From Truepera sp. (lineage in GTDB: Bacteria > Deinococcota > Deinococci > Deinococcales > Trueperaceae), in the NCBI GenBank assembly GCA_965218435.1, contig CBDCKW010000005.1:352001-416000 (forward strand): DNA of 64,000 nucleotides. The letters run 5' to 3'. A program made the position numbers and the translations under genes. Within the stretch, counting starts at the first letter, position 1. The number at the start of each line of letters is the position of its first letter. Shown here piece after piece: positions 49,901-61,282 of this stretch. Under the pieces are notes generated by a model. The model searched no databases and was not told where the DNA came from. It saw only the letters and a program-made list of their open reading frames with translations.

Positions 49901-50001
49901 TAACCCCACCCCCCCCTTTCTCCACCCTCAAACCAGATAGCAAACGACGTAATTAACAACTGCATAAAGGTTCAAGCTTAAGGGTGTAGAATTGTCCCGC
50001 T

Positions 50002-50638
50002 TCAGTAGGCGAGGGCAGGCGTTTGCCGAACAAACGTGCCTTGCTCGAGCTGCTTGAGCATGAAGTCCGCGACGTCCGCTCGTGAAATACGAATGCCACC
50101 CTCGGGAATGTAGCGAGGCGCAACCCGGTACACGCCTTTCTTCTCGCCGTTGGTGAGCTGAGAGGGTCTGACGATGATCCAGTCGAGGTCGGTCGCCATG
50201 AGGTTTTGTTCCATACGCGCCAGGTCGACATAGACGTTGATAAGTAAGCGTCGTACCAGCCATAGGTACCACCGGGGCTCATCGTTGGTCGGATCTGTAC
50301 CGACTGAGGAGACGACGATGAGGCGTTTAAGGTTGGCCTTGCTCATCGCCGCGATGATCCGGTCGGTACCTTCCGAGTAAAGTCGGGTGATATCGTCGCT
50401 TTGTACCTGTCCCAAGCGACGATATCACCACCTCGCTCGGCCCGAACTTCTCGGCTAATTCGTCTGCGGGCTCGTTCATCATGTCGGCTTTGACAACCCC
50501 GAGTCGCTCGTGTTGCGTCTGAACTTTTTCGGGGGAACGTACGAGCACCCTCACTGTGTGGCCTAACGCCAGAGCTTGTTTCGTGAGTTCTTGTCCTGTT
50601 CCACCCGTTGCACCAGGAATTGCAAGCTTCATGCTCAT
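50002..50638 (-). pseudogene. NAD(P)-binding flavin reductase-like oxidoreductase, frameshift near 50400
   Basis: GATGGTG...VRSPEK in one frame; RLIVVSSVG...DWIIVRP...ISRADVA in another. Confidence 0.8.
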
Positions 50639-50741
50639 CCTCCAATACAGCTCGTTCCTATAAATTTGACGGCGGTTCAATTTGCGCCAGAGCTTATAAG
50701 CTCTAGTCTTTTTCCAAAGTCGCGTTCAAATGAGTAGCAGG

Positions 50742-51135
50742 TTAGTTGGCTTCTGTAATCGCCTCGTCTACGACTTCAACCGCCGTTTGATCGTCGCGCA
50801 GGTGGGTTCGCACAATTTTGAGTAGGGTCACGAGTTCTCGCTGCTGGGTCTCGTTAAGACCCAAATCTAAGGCCGCAAAGTGCGCGTAGAGCGCTCGTGG
50901 TACCTCATCTTTTAGCAGCTGACCCAATTTGGTGGGGTGGACGAAGAAGGCCCGGGAGTGTGGATCAGGGTGGCGCTCAAGCCAACCTTTGGCTTCTAAA
51001 CGCCGAACCATCCGTGAGATATTGGGTTTGTCTTTCGCTAACAGCTGGGTGATGTCTTGTTGGTTGAGGGGCTCGGGGCTGTACCAAACGAGCGCCATGA
51101 TCTGCCACTGTTCGGGGGTGAGATCGTAACGGGTC
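50742..51135 (-). pseudogene. MarR-family regulator, 5' truncated
   Basis: YDLTPEQWQIM...DKPNISRMVRRLEAKGWLER. Confidence 0.75.
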
Positions 51136-51536
51136 AGCGCCCGTATAAGCTCGAGGCACCCGAGGGACTACCCAGGCTGCGCCGGTTTTTTGAGGGCTTC
51201 TTGGGCTGGGCACCGAAAAGCGGGCTACCCGGCGGGTGTCCTTTCGTGGGTGCCGCTGCCGAATTCGATGATGTGCCAGGGCCGGTACGCGACCTGCTGG
51301 CAACTACTATAGAACGTTTGGTCGGCACCCTCGCCGAGCTGGTCGGACAAGCGGCGGCACTCGGCCAAATTCGTAAAACCGACACGGTGCAGGTTGCTTG
51401 GCAGCTGCTCGGCCTTTACATGGCGCACCACACCTCGCAGCGACTCCTCAACGATCCGAGCGCCGATGCCCGCGCCCATGAGGCTTTCGAGATGCTCGTG
51501 GTGCAGTTACAGCCTGAGTGCTCGATAAAGATTTGA
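51136..51536 (+). pseudogene. TetR-family regulator C-terminal fragment
   Basis: GLPRLRRFFEGFLGW...GGCPFVGAAAEFDD; HTH missing. Confidence 0.7.
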
Positions 51537-51682
51537 AGCCCAAAGCTTGGAAAGGCTGGCGGCGTAGGCCAAACTCTTATTGTCCGTCGGACCCCCAGCA
51601 ATTCCAGTGCGGGACTCACGGCCGTTAAGCCACCCCTGCCGTCTTCAATTTGTCGAGCCAGTTGATCATACCGATTGTAGGC

Positions 51683-52810
51683 TCAGCCTAGACGCAACGG
51701 TAGCCGCATCACGCCGGAAAGCATGGAGCTCGGGAGCGGCTCTAATGGGGCGTCCTCGATCTGCCACAGTGGCAAGCGGTCGAGCACCGCGTTCAAGGCG
51801 ATGCTAGCCTCCAGCCGTGCCAGCGGCGCTCCCAGGCAAAAATGTACACCATTGCCGAACGCCAAGTGGCGGTTGGGGCTGCGCGCCGGATCGAAAGTGT
51901 CCGCCCGCTCGAACTGAGCCTCGTCGCGGTTGGCCGAACCGATCCAGCTTATGACTGGGCTGCCCGCCTCGATAACCTGCCCGCCCAACTCCACGTCCTG
52001 CGCCGCTACCCGTAACATGGACTGCACCGGCGAGCGGTGGCGCAAGGACTCCTCGATGCTGCTGCCCAGCAGCTCACGGTCGGCCAGCACCTGCTCATAC
52101 GCCCCAGGCGCGTCCCGCCAGCACAGCAGCGTGTTGGCCAGCAGATTGGTAGTGGTCTCGTTACCCGCCGCCAGCAGCAACATGCAGAAACCGAGAAGTT
52201 CCTGAGGGTCCAAGTGCTCGCCCCCCACCTGCGCCGCCATCAAGCCGCTGATCAGGTCCTCACCGGGGTTCGTGCGGCGCTCCTCGACCAAGCGGGCGAA
52301 ATAGGCACCCATCTCGCGGCTGCCGTTCGGGTCACTGTTCACCAGGGCGTCGGACCAGCGCTTGAAGTCGGCGCGTTCGGACGCAGGGATGCCCAGAATC
52401 TCCGCGATCACAATGACCGGCAGCGGCTCGGCGAAGTCGTGGATGAAGTCAATACGGCCCTGGCCCTCCACCTGTCCCAGCAATTCGTCGACCAACTCCT
52501 CAATGCGCGGTGCCAGGGCGCGCACCTGCTTGGGCGTAAAGACCTGCTCGACCAGCGCGCGCAACTGGCGGTGGCGCGGCGGATCGGTCGAGATCATACT
52601 CGAGGCGATGGCGTTCTCGACCGTCCGGTTGCGAGGCCCACTCCGCTCCGACGAGAAGGCCTTCCAGTCGGATAGGGTGCGCTGCACCCCGGCGTAGTCG
52701 AAGATCATCCACTTGCCGGACTGCGAGTCACGCACAACCGGCGAGCGTTCGCGCATCGCGGCGTACCAGGGAAACGGATTGAGAAGGGAAGAAGGTGCTG
52801 TTACGGTCAT
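51683..52810 (-). CDS. Cytochrome P450
   Basis: DPPRHRQLR, AGNETT, EESLR, SANRDE, FGNGVHFCLG. Confidence 0.95.
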   Translation of the reverse strand: MTVTAPSSLLNPFPWYAAMRERSPVVRDSQSGKWMIFDYAGVQRTLSDWKAFSSERSGPRNRTVENAIASSMISTDPPRHRQLRALVEQVFTPKQVRALAPRIEELVDELLGQVEGQGRIDFIHDFAEPLPVIVIAEILGIPASERADFKRWSDALVNSDPNGSREMGAYFARLVEERRTNPGEDLISGLMAAQVGGEHLDPQELLGFCMLLLAAGNETTTNLLANTLLCWRDAPGAYEQVLADRELLGSSIEESLRHRSPVQSMLRVAAQDVELGGQVIEAGSPVISWIGSANRDEAQFERADTFDPARSPNRHLAFGNGVHFCLGAPLARLEASIALNAVLDRLPLWQIEDAPLEPLPSSMLSGVMRLPLRLG

Positions 52811-52900
52811 AGGGTGTCCCCCCAGTCCTCTTTCCCTTGCCGTAGCGGTGCAAGATGTTGGATACGGTCAAGCATGGTCTCCTCATTTCTCTGACTAGAG

Positions 52901-54195
52901 TGGTCTTGGCCTGCACCTTTGGACAACCGAAGTATAACCTAAGCCGCCAGCGGAGCTAAAGCTGCTGGCGCTTGCGTCAAGCTTTCGTAAGCCTCCGGGG
53001 TCTGATAGCCCAGCGAGCTGTGCAACCGCTCACGGTTGTAGTAAATCTCGATAAACTCGAAGATGGCAGCGCGAGCCTCGTCTCGGGTAGCAAAGCGTTC
53101 CCGGGGATAAACCAGTTCCCTTTTGAGCGTCGCCCAGAAACTTTCGATCACGGAGTTATCGAAGCAAGCCCCCTTGCCGGTAAAACTGGCGCAGATGGCT
53201 TGGCTGGCAAGTTCTCTTTGATAGCGGTAACTGGTGTACTTGCTCCCTCGATCCGACTGCTGGATCAGTCCAGGCGCAGGCTTTCGCTTGGTGACAGCAC
53301 TCCGCAATGCTTGGACCACGAGGTCGGTCTTCATGTTGCCGTCCATAGCGTAGCCGACGATGCGCTTTAAAAAAACGTCGATCACGCCCGCTAAGTAAAG
53401 CCAGCCCTCATCGGTGGGGATGTAAGTAATTTCGACGTGCCAGAGCTGATTGATGGCGGTAATCTCGAGCCCTTCTTGCAGTAGATTGCGGGTTTCGGTG
53501 ACTTCGGGGCGTTCGCGTTTGGGACGGTACTTAGGGGTATTCACGGCACAAAGCCCTTCACGCCGCATCAGCCTTTTAACCCGGCCCAGCGAGCACGCCA
53601 CCCGCTGCTTGTTGAGTTCGGCGTGAACCCGAGGACTGCCGTAGCGTCCCTTGTGCTTGGTGAACACCGTTTTGATCTGCCCGAGCAGCGCGAGATTAGC
53701 CTTTTCGCGTTTACTTGGCACTTGCCGCCGAAGAGCATGGTAGTAACTGCTCTTCGGCACCCCCAGCACGTGACAAAGGACGCTGACCGGAAACTCGTTT
53801 TTGTGGGCTTCGATGAAGCCGCATTTCAGGTCGAGTGCCTCGCAAAATAAATGGCGGCCTTTTTTACAATCGTTAACTCCATCTCGAGTCGCTTCACCTC
53901 GCTCTACAAACGCCTTACCTCAGCCTCTGCCGCCGTCGGTTGCGCCCGCTTGTATCCCGGCAGCAAACGACCTTCACGGTATTGTCTACGCCAATTCGTG
54001 AGGTTCGCTTGCGGAATCCCCAGGCTATCAGCAGCTTCTGAAACGGTGTAGCCCTTCTCCTCGAGCAGTTTCACCGCGTCAACCTTAAACGCCATCGGAT
54101 ACTGCCTGACTACTCTTTTGCCCTCTGACATAATCTCTCTCCTTGGCAGGATTCTAGACCCTGCTAGTTTTGTCCAAGGAAATGAACCAAGACCA
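52901..54195 (-). mobile_element. IS3-family element, full length but probably inactive
   Basis: TG...CA ends, imperfect 25-bp inverted repeats (TGGTCTTGG...TTGGACA); orfA from 54131 has an internal TAG at 53904; orfB 52939..53769 has EITY where DITY is usual. Confidence 0.9.
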
Positions 54196-54476
54196 TTGCG
54201 GCTTGGGTTGAGCTGACGGTTCAGAACATCCCTGATACTCAAGTCGAGATTATCGAAGCCTTCAGGGCAGGCGACCGAATCGCGGTGAAGTGGGTATTTA
54301 GCGGTACGCCTGAGCGCATGGGACCCGTCGAAGGAACTGGGGCATCCTTTTCAGTCCCGGCCGTGTCGGTCTTGGAGTTGAAAGGCGACCTGATTGCTCG
54401 CTTAGGTGACTACTACAACCGCGCCGATGTCCTGGGACAGCTCGGCTACCCCGACCCATTTGCCGACCCTCAATGA
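54196..54476 (+). pseudogene. SnoaL-like ester cyclase 3' fragment cut by the IS3
   Basis: PDTQVEIIEAF.AGDRIAVKWVFSGT...DYYNRADVLGQLG. Confidence 0.65.
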
Positions 54477-54531
54477 GGTTCAGACTCTAAAGCTCGCACG
54501 CTTCACGAAACGTACGGAGAAAGGAATGACT

Positions 54532-55569
54532 ATGGCAACCTCAAATCAATCCTCAAACCGAACAGCCCTCGTTTTAGGCGCGACTGGTGGCATCGGCGGC
54601 GAGACCGCCAACGCCCTCGAGCGTCACGGCTGGACCATCCGCGCCCTCTCCCGGCGGGGCAAGCCCGAACATGACCTCAGCGGCTGGGACTGGATCAAGG
54701 GTGACTCGATGGACCGAGCCTCTATCGTCGCCGCAGCGGAGGGTGTCCAGGCCATCGTCCACGCTGTAAACCCGCCCGGTTACAAAAACTGGGGTGAATT
54801 GGTGTTGCCGATGCTGGACAACACGGTTGCCGCCGCCCAAGCGAGTGGAGCCAGGATTCTGCTGCCGGGTACGGTTTACAACTACGGTACCGACGCTTTC
54901 CCCGTCCTTAAAGAAGACTCGCCGCAAAACGCCACGACCCACAAAGGAGAGATTCGTATCAACCTGGAGAAGAGGCTGAGGGACGCCGCTCAAGCGGGTG
55001 TCAAAACCCTCATCGTACGCTTCGGGGATTTTTTCGGACCCAACCCCGGCAGCAGTTGGTTTTCGCAAGGCATGGTCAAACCAGGAGGGCCACTTAAAAG
55101 CGTCAGCTATCCCGGCAAAAAAGGTATCGGTCATGCCTGGGCGTATCTGCCCGACGCGGGCGAGACCTTCGCGCAGCTTATGGGTCGTGAAGGAGGACTC
55201 GAGACCTTCGCTCGCTTTCACTTCGGCGGGCACTACGATCCGGACAGCACGCGGATGATAGCGGCTATCCGTGAGGTGGTAGGCAAACCTTCGCTACCGG
55301 TGAGGCCGATCCCCTGGTTCATCTTTCGGATAGGTGGCCTGTTTAACGAAACGATGCGTGAGCTTTACAAGGTGCGCCCTTTGTGGGAAACAACCGTTAA
55401 ACTTGACAATACGCGGCTCGTTCACTTTCTCGGTCAAGAACTTCACACGCCCTGGGACGAGGCTCTGAAAACTACCCTCGTCGGCCTGGGCTGCCTACCG
55501 CCCGAGGCTGCTAACAAAACATCTCAAGCACCTTTTTCCTCGCTCAAAGAAGAAAACGGTAGCCGTTAA
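54532..55569 (+). CDS. NAD-dependent epimerase/dehydratase family protein
   Basis: ALVLGATGGIG, HAVNPPGY, PGTVYNYG, HAWAYLPD. Confidence 0.85.
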   Translation: MATSNQSSNRTALVLGATGGIGGETANALERHGWTIRALSRRGKPEHDLSGWDWIKGDSMDRASIVAAAEGVQAIVHAVNPPGYKNWGELVLPMLDNTVAAAQASGARILLPGTVYNYGTDAFPVLKEDSPQNATTHKGEIRINLEKRLRDAAQAGVKTLIVRFGDFFGPNPGSSWFSQGMVKPGGPLKSVSYPGKKGIGHAWAYLPDAGETFAQLMGREGGLETFARFHFGGHYDPDSTRMIAAIREVVGKPSLPVRPIPWFIFRIGGLFNETMRELYKVRPLWETTVKLDNTRLVHFLGQELHTPWDEALKTTLVGLGCLPPEAANKTSQAPFSSLKEENGSR

Positions 55570-55658
55570 GGGGTCCAGGTATAGCGATTACACCACAAGC
55601 TTACTCGAGCTGTACCCTGCCGAACATGAGACCTGACCTGGCACCAACCTTGCGGTCC

Positions 55659-56249
55659 TTACTTCTCTTGCAACAGCCCGGACGCAAGATGCTTAAAGAC
55701 GTCGACCGCCTTGATAAAAATAGCGTGGGGGTCATCGGCGGCTGCAATTCGGAGTGAAGCGTTAAGCGCCGCCCCGTTAAGCAGTAGTGCGGCAGCTTCC
55801 GCGTCAACCGGTTTAAGTGTGCCCTCGTCAATCAGCGTTTGTATAAGGTTCGTTACTCGGCGGAGGCACGCGGTCTGGTTGGGCCACCCCGCCGGATCCC
55901 CGAGGACGGCGGGTCCGTCGAGCAGCATGATGCGCTGGATTTCTGGCTCTAGAGCCATCTCGATATAGACAATGTTTTCAGCCAAAAAGCCGAGCCATAA
56001 GGTCTCCGCTCGATCGTGCGCGGCGTACATTCGAGCAAGCATCTCCTCGTCAAGCTGGTCAACGACAGCCCGTAGTAAACCCTTTTTGTCGCCGAAGTTG
56101 TGGTAGAGCGCCCCGCGCGTTAATCCTACTTCGGCGGTCAGCTCGTCCATCGACGCTGCGACGTAGCCTTGGGTCGCAAAAGCTTTCCGAGCCGCCTGAA
56201 TGAGCTTGGCCCGGGTCGCCTCCATCTGCGTGTGTCGCTTCGTCATCAT
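55659..56249 (-). CDS. TetR/AcrR-family regulator
   Basis: ARKAFATQGY...GLTRGALYHNFGDK. Confidence 0.92.
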   Translation of the reverse strand: MMTKRHTQMEATRAKLIQAARKAFATQGYVAASMDELTAEVGLTRGALYHNFGDKKGLLRAVVDQLDEEMLARMYAAHDRAETLWLGFLAENIVYIEMALEPEIQRIMLLDGPAVLGDPAGWPNQTACLRRVTNLIQTLIDEGTLKPVDAEAAALLLNGAALNASLRIAAADDPHAIFIKAVDVFKHLASGLLQEK

Positions 56250-56275
56250 CTCCTACCAGTGTATACGGTTGAACC

Positions 56276-56324
56276 TTGACATACGCGCCGTATGTTGTAA
56301 TACTTTGGCATACGCGGCGTATGT
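56276..56324. promoter_or_regulatory. Tandem palindromic TetR operators over divergent promoters
   Basis: ACATACG-CGC-CGTATGT (56279-56295) and CATACG-CGG-CGTATG (56309-56323); TTGACA at 56276. Confidence 0.75.
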
Positions 56325-56377
56325 TAAAGAAGACTGCGTGGAAGCTCGGCAATTTGGTTTTGACAAGGAGTGAAGTG

Positions 56378-56791
56378 ATGAGCAAACGTGATGCAATTTT
56401 CCCTGTTCGTCAGCAGGCTTTATACGACATAAACAGCTATTCGGCAGCAATTCGCTCAGGCGATCTGTTATTCGTCTCAGGACAGGTCGGTAGCCATGAG
56501 GATGGGTCGCCTGAGACGGACTTCGGCAAGCAGGTCGCGCTTGCGTTCGACAATCTCAGCGAAGTTTTGCAAGCAGCCGGGTGTACCTTCGACGATATTG
56601 TGGATGTGACGACTTTCCATACCGACCCCGAAGCGCAGTTCGAGAGAGTCATGGTCGTCAAGCAAAAGGCGTTCGGTAGGCCGCCCTATCCAAACTGGAC
56701 GGCGGTAGGGGTGAACTGGCTCGCTGGCTTTGATTTTGAAATCAAGGTCATCGCGCGTATTCCTGAGTCTAGAATTCCTGGGGCTAGCTGA
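56378..56791 (+). CDS. RidA/YjgF family protein
   Basis: YSAAIRSGDLLFVSGQVG, PNWTAVGV, FEIKVIA. Confidence 0.88.
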   Translation: MSKRDAIFPVRQQALYDINSYSAAIRSGDLLFVSGQVGSHEDGSPETDFGKQVALAFDNLSEVLQAAGCTFDDIVDVTTFHTDPEAQFERVMVVKQKAFGRPPYPNWTAVGVNWLAGFDFEIKVIARIPESRIPGAS

Positions 56792-56901
56792 GCGGTTTGT
56801 GCCGTGACATGGTCGGAGACAGAGAATCTTTGGTGGATCTCGCCACGGTTGTCAGTCTACTGCGTCCCGACCGAAGACTTGTTTGAACAAAGGAGAGGCA
56901 C

Positions 56902-57249
56902 ATGTCAGAGCAAAACAAAGCGATTTTAGAAAAGGGCAACGCAGCTATTGCTGAAGGCGACAATGAGGGATTCTTGTCTTTTTGCGCCGACGATACGGTA
57001 TGGACGTTTGTAGGCGACAAGACCCTTAGAGGAAAAGAGGCGGTTCGCCAGTGGATGGCAACGGAGTATGTCGAGCCGCCCAAAAACACGGTCACGAATT
57101 TAATCGCTGAGGGTGATCTTCTTACGGCACTCGGCGATATCACCGTAAAAGACGAGGACGGGAAGGCGGCTCACTACGCGTACTGCGACGTCTGGCGTTT
57201 TCGCAGTGGTAAGATTGTTGAATTAAGAGCTTTTGTCATAAAAACCTAG
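56902..57249 (+). CDS. SnoaL-like NTF2 protein
   Basis: ADDTVWT...IAEGD...YCDVWRFRSGKI. Confidence 0.85.
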   Translation: MSEQNKAILEKGNAAIAEGDNEGFLSFCADDTVWTFVGDKTLRGKEAVRQWMATEYVEPPKNTVTNLIAEGDLLTALGDITVKDEDGKAAHYAYCDVWRFRSGKIVELRAFVIKT

Positions 57250-57616
57250 TGCGACGAGGAGGCTTAGTAAGGTCACGGCATCCCCCATTCTGCTTATTGG
57301 CAGTTCCGGCGTCATCGGTCGCTTGAAGGCAAGCTGTCGGCGACGTGCAGGCTGACTTTAGTGCCGATCCAGACGCTGCAGGGAACGGTGGCAAAGCCCG
57401 CCGCCACTGAGCTTGGTCGTTATGCGGTCATTGAGCGCGTTCAGGGCAAATCCTTTATGCGTCTGTCGGGCCGGTTAAACGCGTAAGAGTTTCGGTATTG
57501 ATCGCTGAAAACTACTCGGTGGGCCTATGTAACGGAGGAAAGGACATGAAGGTGCCGATCTCGCTGAGATCGGCACCAAGCTCATCACTGTCGTACACTT
57601 ATCCCCAATCAGCCGT

Positions 57617-58579
57617 TCAGTCAGCCCTCCCCCCATCGGTGAAACGCGGTTCCGCCGCTTCCAGTCGCGGTACCGAGACACCCAACCGTCGTGCCTCCGC
57701 TAGGGTGTCTCGGCAGATCTCACGCGGCTCCTTGGCCTCGAGATCGGCGTGCGCCTCAAAATTTACGCGCACCGGCGGGAAATGGGCGAGCAGCCAGGCG
57801 AGCGCGGGGGCCGTTAGCCAGGTGGGCGCACGGAACGGCAGCACACCACCCCGGTGTCGCCGCAGGTCGACGCCGCGCGCCTCAAGGAGCGGCAACAGCT
57901 CGCGACTCGTCAGCAGCGCCTCGCGCAAGTCGCCCGTCGCCCCGACCAGCTTGGCTAACGACCCCAGCCTCAGGCCCTGCGAGTGCAGGCCCGCGTCCGA
58001 CACGAAGTGGAGCCACAGCCAGCCGCGGAAGTCGGGTTGCTCCTGGAGCCGGAAGCCGGCGTCGCGAAACGCCTGGCGCACGGCCCGCTCACGTTCGGTC
58101 GGAGGCTGGCCGAAGGTGCCGAAGATGACCGACGGCAGCACTGTCCCGCGGAGCACGCCGTCCTCGCCGAAGCCGCCGCCGGCTTGGGGAAAGCCCCAGG
58201 CGACCTGGTCGAGGGGAAGGGGGCTGATCGCGGCCTGCGGCTCGGACCAGATGTTGCTGAAGACCAGCACGGTCGCGTTGCCGACGCGCGGTGCCAGGAA
58301 GGCGGCTGCCTCCGCGAGCCGGTAGTGCGGCACGCTCAACACGATCAGGTCGAAATCGTGGTCTGGCTCTAGCACCTCGCGGTAGCGCACCGACCATTTC
58401 CGGACGATGCGCTGCCCCCACACGCGTCGCCGCGCATCGAGCAGATCGAGGTTGATCGTTTCCCCGTATACCGCCGTGCGGCCCGGCCGGACATAGAACT
58501 CGATGTCATGTCCGGCCTGTTCCAAGGCCCAGCCGTACATGGTGGCGATCACGCCTCGTCCGAACATCAGGATCTTCAT
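57617..58579 (-). CDS. Ketopantoate reductase family protein
   Basis: MKILMFGRGVIA, FDLIVLSV, WLWLH. Confidence 0.75.
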   Translation of the reverse strand: MKILMFGRGVIATMYGWALEQAGHDIEFYVRPGRTAVYGETINLDLLDARRRVWGQRIVRKWSVRYREVLEPDHDFDLIVLSVPHYRLAEAAAFLAPRVGNATVLVFSNIWSEPQAAISPLPLDQVAWGFPQAGGGFGEDGVLRGTVLPSVIFGTFGQPPTERERAVRQAFRDAGFRLQEQPDFRGWLWLHFVSDAGLHSQGLRLGSLAKLVGATGDLREALLTSRELLPLLEARGVDLRRHRGGVLPFRAPTWLTAPALAWLLAHFPPVRVNFEAHADLEAKEPREICRDTLAEARRLGVSVPRLEAAEPRFTDGGRAD

Positions 58580-58669
58580 GCTGCTCCTCATGGTGTACAA
58601 TTGAATCGGAGGTTATCTCCACTTACAAGAATATGGAGATTGTTTCCGTTTGTCAACACGAGGTATCTT

Positions 58670-59281
58670 ATGACCGCGCCCAAGCCGTTACGTGCAGACG
58701 CCCAACGCAACCGCGAGGCCTTGCTGGCCAAGGCCCGAGAGCTATTCGACGCCGGAGACTTCGACCTGCGGTTCGATGATTTCGCCCGTTTGGCCGGTGT
58801 GGGCATCGGCACACTGTACCGCCATTTTCCTACCCGAGAGGCGCTGGCCGAGGCGGTCTACCACGAGGAGATCGCCACGCTGTGCGACCGAGCCTGCCAG
58901 TTGCAGGCCACGCTTCCCGCAGAGGAGGCCTTGATGACCTTTCTGCGTGGCATGGTCGGCCACATGGATGCCCATCAGGGGCTCGCCCGGACACTGGCCA
59001 CGCTGATGGCCACCCGCTCGGGTGCCCTCGCTGAGGGCAGTCAAGTGCTAGAACGAACCGTCACTAAGCTGGTGGCCGCCGCCGTGAGAGACGGTGCGAT
59101 CCGCGACGACGTAGGGGCCGGTGCCGTCATGATGGTTTTACATGGCGTCAGTGCGGCCCGTGACCACCCTGGTTGGCGGGCCACGGCCGACGGTGTCATC
59201 ACCCTCATGCTAGACGGGCTGCGCTGGCCGTATTCAGACGGTAGTCAGCGTGAGCGCGGGCAAGAGAATGTCGGCGAGTAG
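58670..59281 (+). CDS. TetR/AcrR-family regulator
   Basis: LRADAQRNRE...AGVGIGTLYRHFPTRE. Confidence 0.9.
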   Translation: MTAPKPLRADAQRNREALLAKARELFDAGDFDLRFDDFARLAGVGIGTLYRHFPTREALAEAVYHEEIATLCDRACQLQATLPAEEALMTFLRGMVGHMDAHQGLARTLATLMATRSGALAEGSQVLERTVTKLVAAAVRDGAIRDDVGAGAVMMVLHGVSAARDHPGWRATADGVITLMLDGLRWPYSDGSQRERGQENVGE

Positions 59282-59500
59282 CTGAGCATCCACGGCAGCC
59301 GAACGAAGCCGAGGAAGTGCTGAGCCTCATGCTCGTCGCGGGCGCGGACCCGTCGGAAGGACCGAAGCCAAACGATGGTCCGTTCCACCTTCCAGCAACG
59401 TTGGTAGCGTCTCAGCGGGCGTCCATCCCGGGTTTTGCGTTTCCTGTTCTTCCGGTTGAGGGCGATCATCAAGGTGCCGATCTCCGCGAGATCGGCACCG
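59282..59500 (-). mobile_element. IS5-family transposase 3' remnant
   Basis: DGRPLRRYQRCWKVERTIVWLRSFRRV. Confidence 0.7.
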
Positions 59501-59849
59501 AGTCCATCACTAAGGAAGGCTCGTCTTGAGCCGCTCGCGGCGTCGGAGCCCTGCTGACATTACTTCCTTGGGTCGGTGGTGGAACCTCCGGGTGGCGGGT
59601 GCCCCGGTCGTCTGGTTAGTCGAGGCGAGGGCGATTCATCGCAAGCTTTCAGGTGATCCCTGCGTCAAGGCACACGCCCGGGCACATCTCGCGGCGGCGG
59701 GTCATGTACCGACGAAGCGCTTGCCAAGGCGTGCGGGCCTATCTACAGGAAGGTCGGTCGGACACGACTTCAAGAATCGGTCACAAGCGCGGGCAGTCGC
59801 TGAAAACCTGTCCGTGCGAGGATGCCGGTCGGCAGAAGGAGCCTGAGGA

Positions 59850-60946
59850 ATGAACCCCGTGTACATCCACCGGCTCGCGACCGCCGTGCCGCCCTACGCG
59901 GTGCCGCAGACGCACGCCCGCGACACCCTCAAGGTGCGGCTCGACGACCGTTTGGCGCAGCGCCTGATCCACCGCCTCTACACCCAGTCGGGCATCGACA
60001 CGCGCTACAGCGTCGTCCCGGACTTCGCCCCGGACAGCCCGCAAGGCGCGCCGCACCGCGGGTTGTTCCTGAACGAGCAGGGCTACGCCGCGCCGAGCAC
60101 GAAGGTCCGCAACGACCTCTACACCGCAGCGGCGCGGCCCCTTTTCAAGGAGGCCGCCGAAAAGGCTCTGGCGGATTCCGGCTTTTCCCCAGGCGAGGTG
60201 ACGCACGTCGTCACAGTGTCGTGCACCAGCTTTTTCGCGCCGGGGCCGGACTACTTTCTGGTCCGCGACCTCTGCCTGCGCCCCGACACGCAGCACTTCC
60301 ACGTCGGCTTCATGGGCTGCTACGCAGCCTTTCCGGCGCTCAAGATGGCCAAGGCGTTTTGTCAGGCGGACGAGCGCGCGGTCGTGCTCGTCGTGTCGCT
60401 CGAGCTGTGCACCCTGCACCTGCAGCTCGGCGGCGACCCGGACGGGCTATTGGCGAGTTCGGTCTTCGCCGACGGCGCAGCGGCGGCTTTGGTCAGTGCT
60501 CGAACCCCGGCGGGTCCGGCGTTCGAGCTCAACGCTCTCGCGACGACCCTGACCGAGGACGGCGAGGGGGACATGGCGTGGTCGGTCGGCGACCAAGGGT
60601 TCGACATCGTGTTGTCGAGCTACGTCCCCGAAATTCTGGAGGCGAACATCGGCGCGGCGCTTTCGCCCCTCTTTGCCGAGTACGGTTTGGAGCCCGCCGA
60701 CCTCGAGCGCTGGGCCGTGCACCCCGGCGGGCGATTCTGGACAAGGTCGAGAAGGGGCTGAACCTGCCGGAGACGGCGCTGACCCCCTCCCGCGAAATTT
60801 TGCGCTACTGCGGCAACATGAGCAGCGCGACGGTGCTGTTCGTCCTGCAGAAAGTTCTCGAGAACTCGAAACGCGGTGAGCGCGTCTGTTCGGTCGCCTT
60901 CGGCCCCGGCCTGACGGTCGAGAGTGCGCTGCTGACGCGCTGCTAG
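59850..60946 (+). pseudogene. Type III polyketide synthase, frameshift just after HPGG (about 60730)
   Basis: VSCT, MGCYAA (Cys), FADGAAA, HPGG; ILDKVE...GNMSSAT...AFGPGLTVE in another frame. Confidence 0.85.
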
Positions 60947-60974
60947 TACCGCTGGTCTTGCGGCAGTGAGTGAC

Positions 60975-61070
60975 AGGGTTGCTCGAGCGGATGGACACCT
61001 AACGTGCGATTTGCAGAAGCTGCAGGCGACCTATGCGCGGTTCGGGACGGTCAACCGGATTTTCTACGTT
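60975..61070 (+). pseudogene. N-terminal remnant of a PKS-associated methyltransferase
   Basis: LLERMD...CDLQKLQATYARFGTVNRIF directly after the PKS. Confidence 0.45.
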
Positions 61071-61282
61071 AGGACCACGCACGCGGGGACACGGAGGTGC
61101 CCTCGTGCATAAGGCCCCACCGAGTTACTTCGGCCGAGCTGGGCCGCCGAGGTGTCCGACGCAGCCTAGCGTCCCATATGGTGTGGTCTCGGGCTGCTTT
61201 CAAGAAGACCCGAGAGGCGTTTGTTGTGTTGGGCGGGCGGAAGCTGCCAATGCCGAAGCAACCAAAGCTGGGGTTACGGTGG

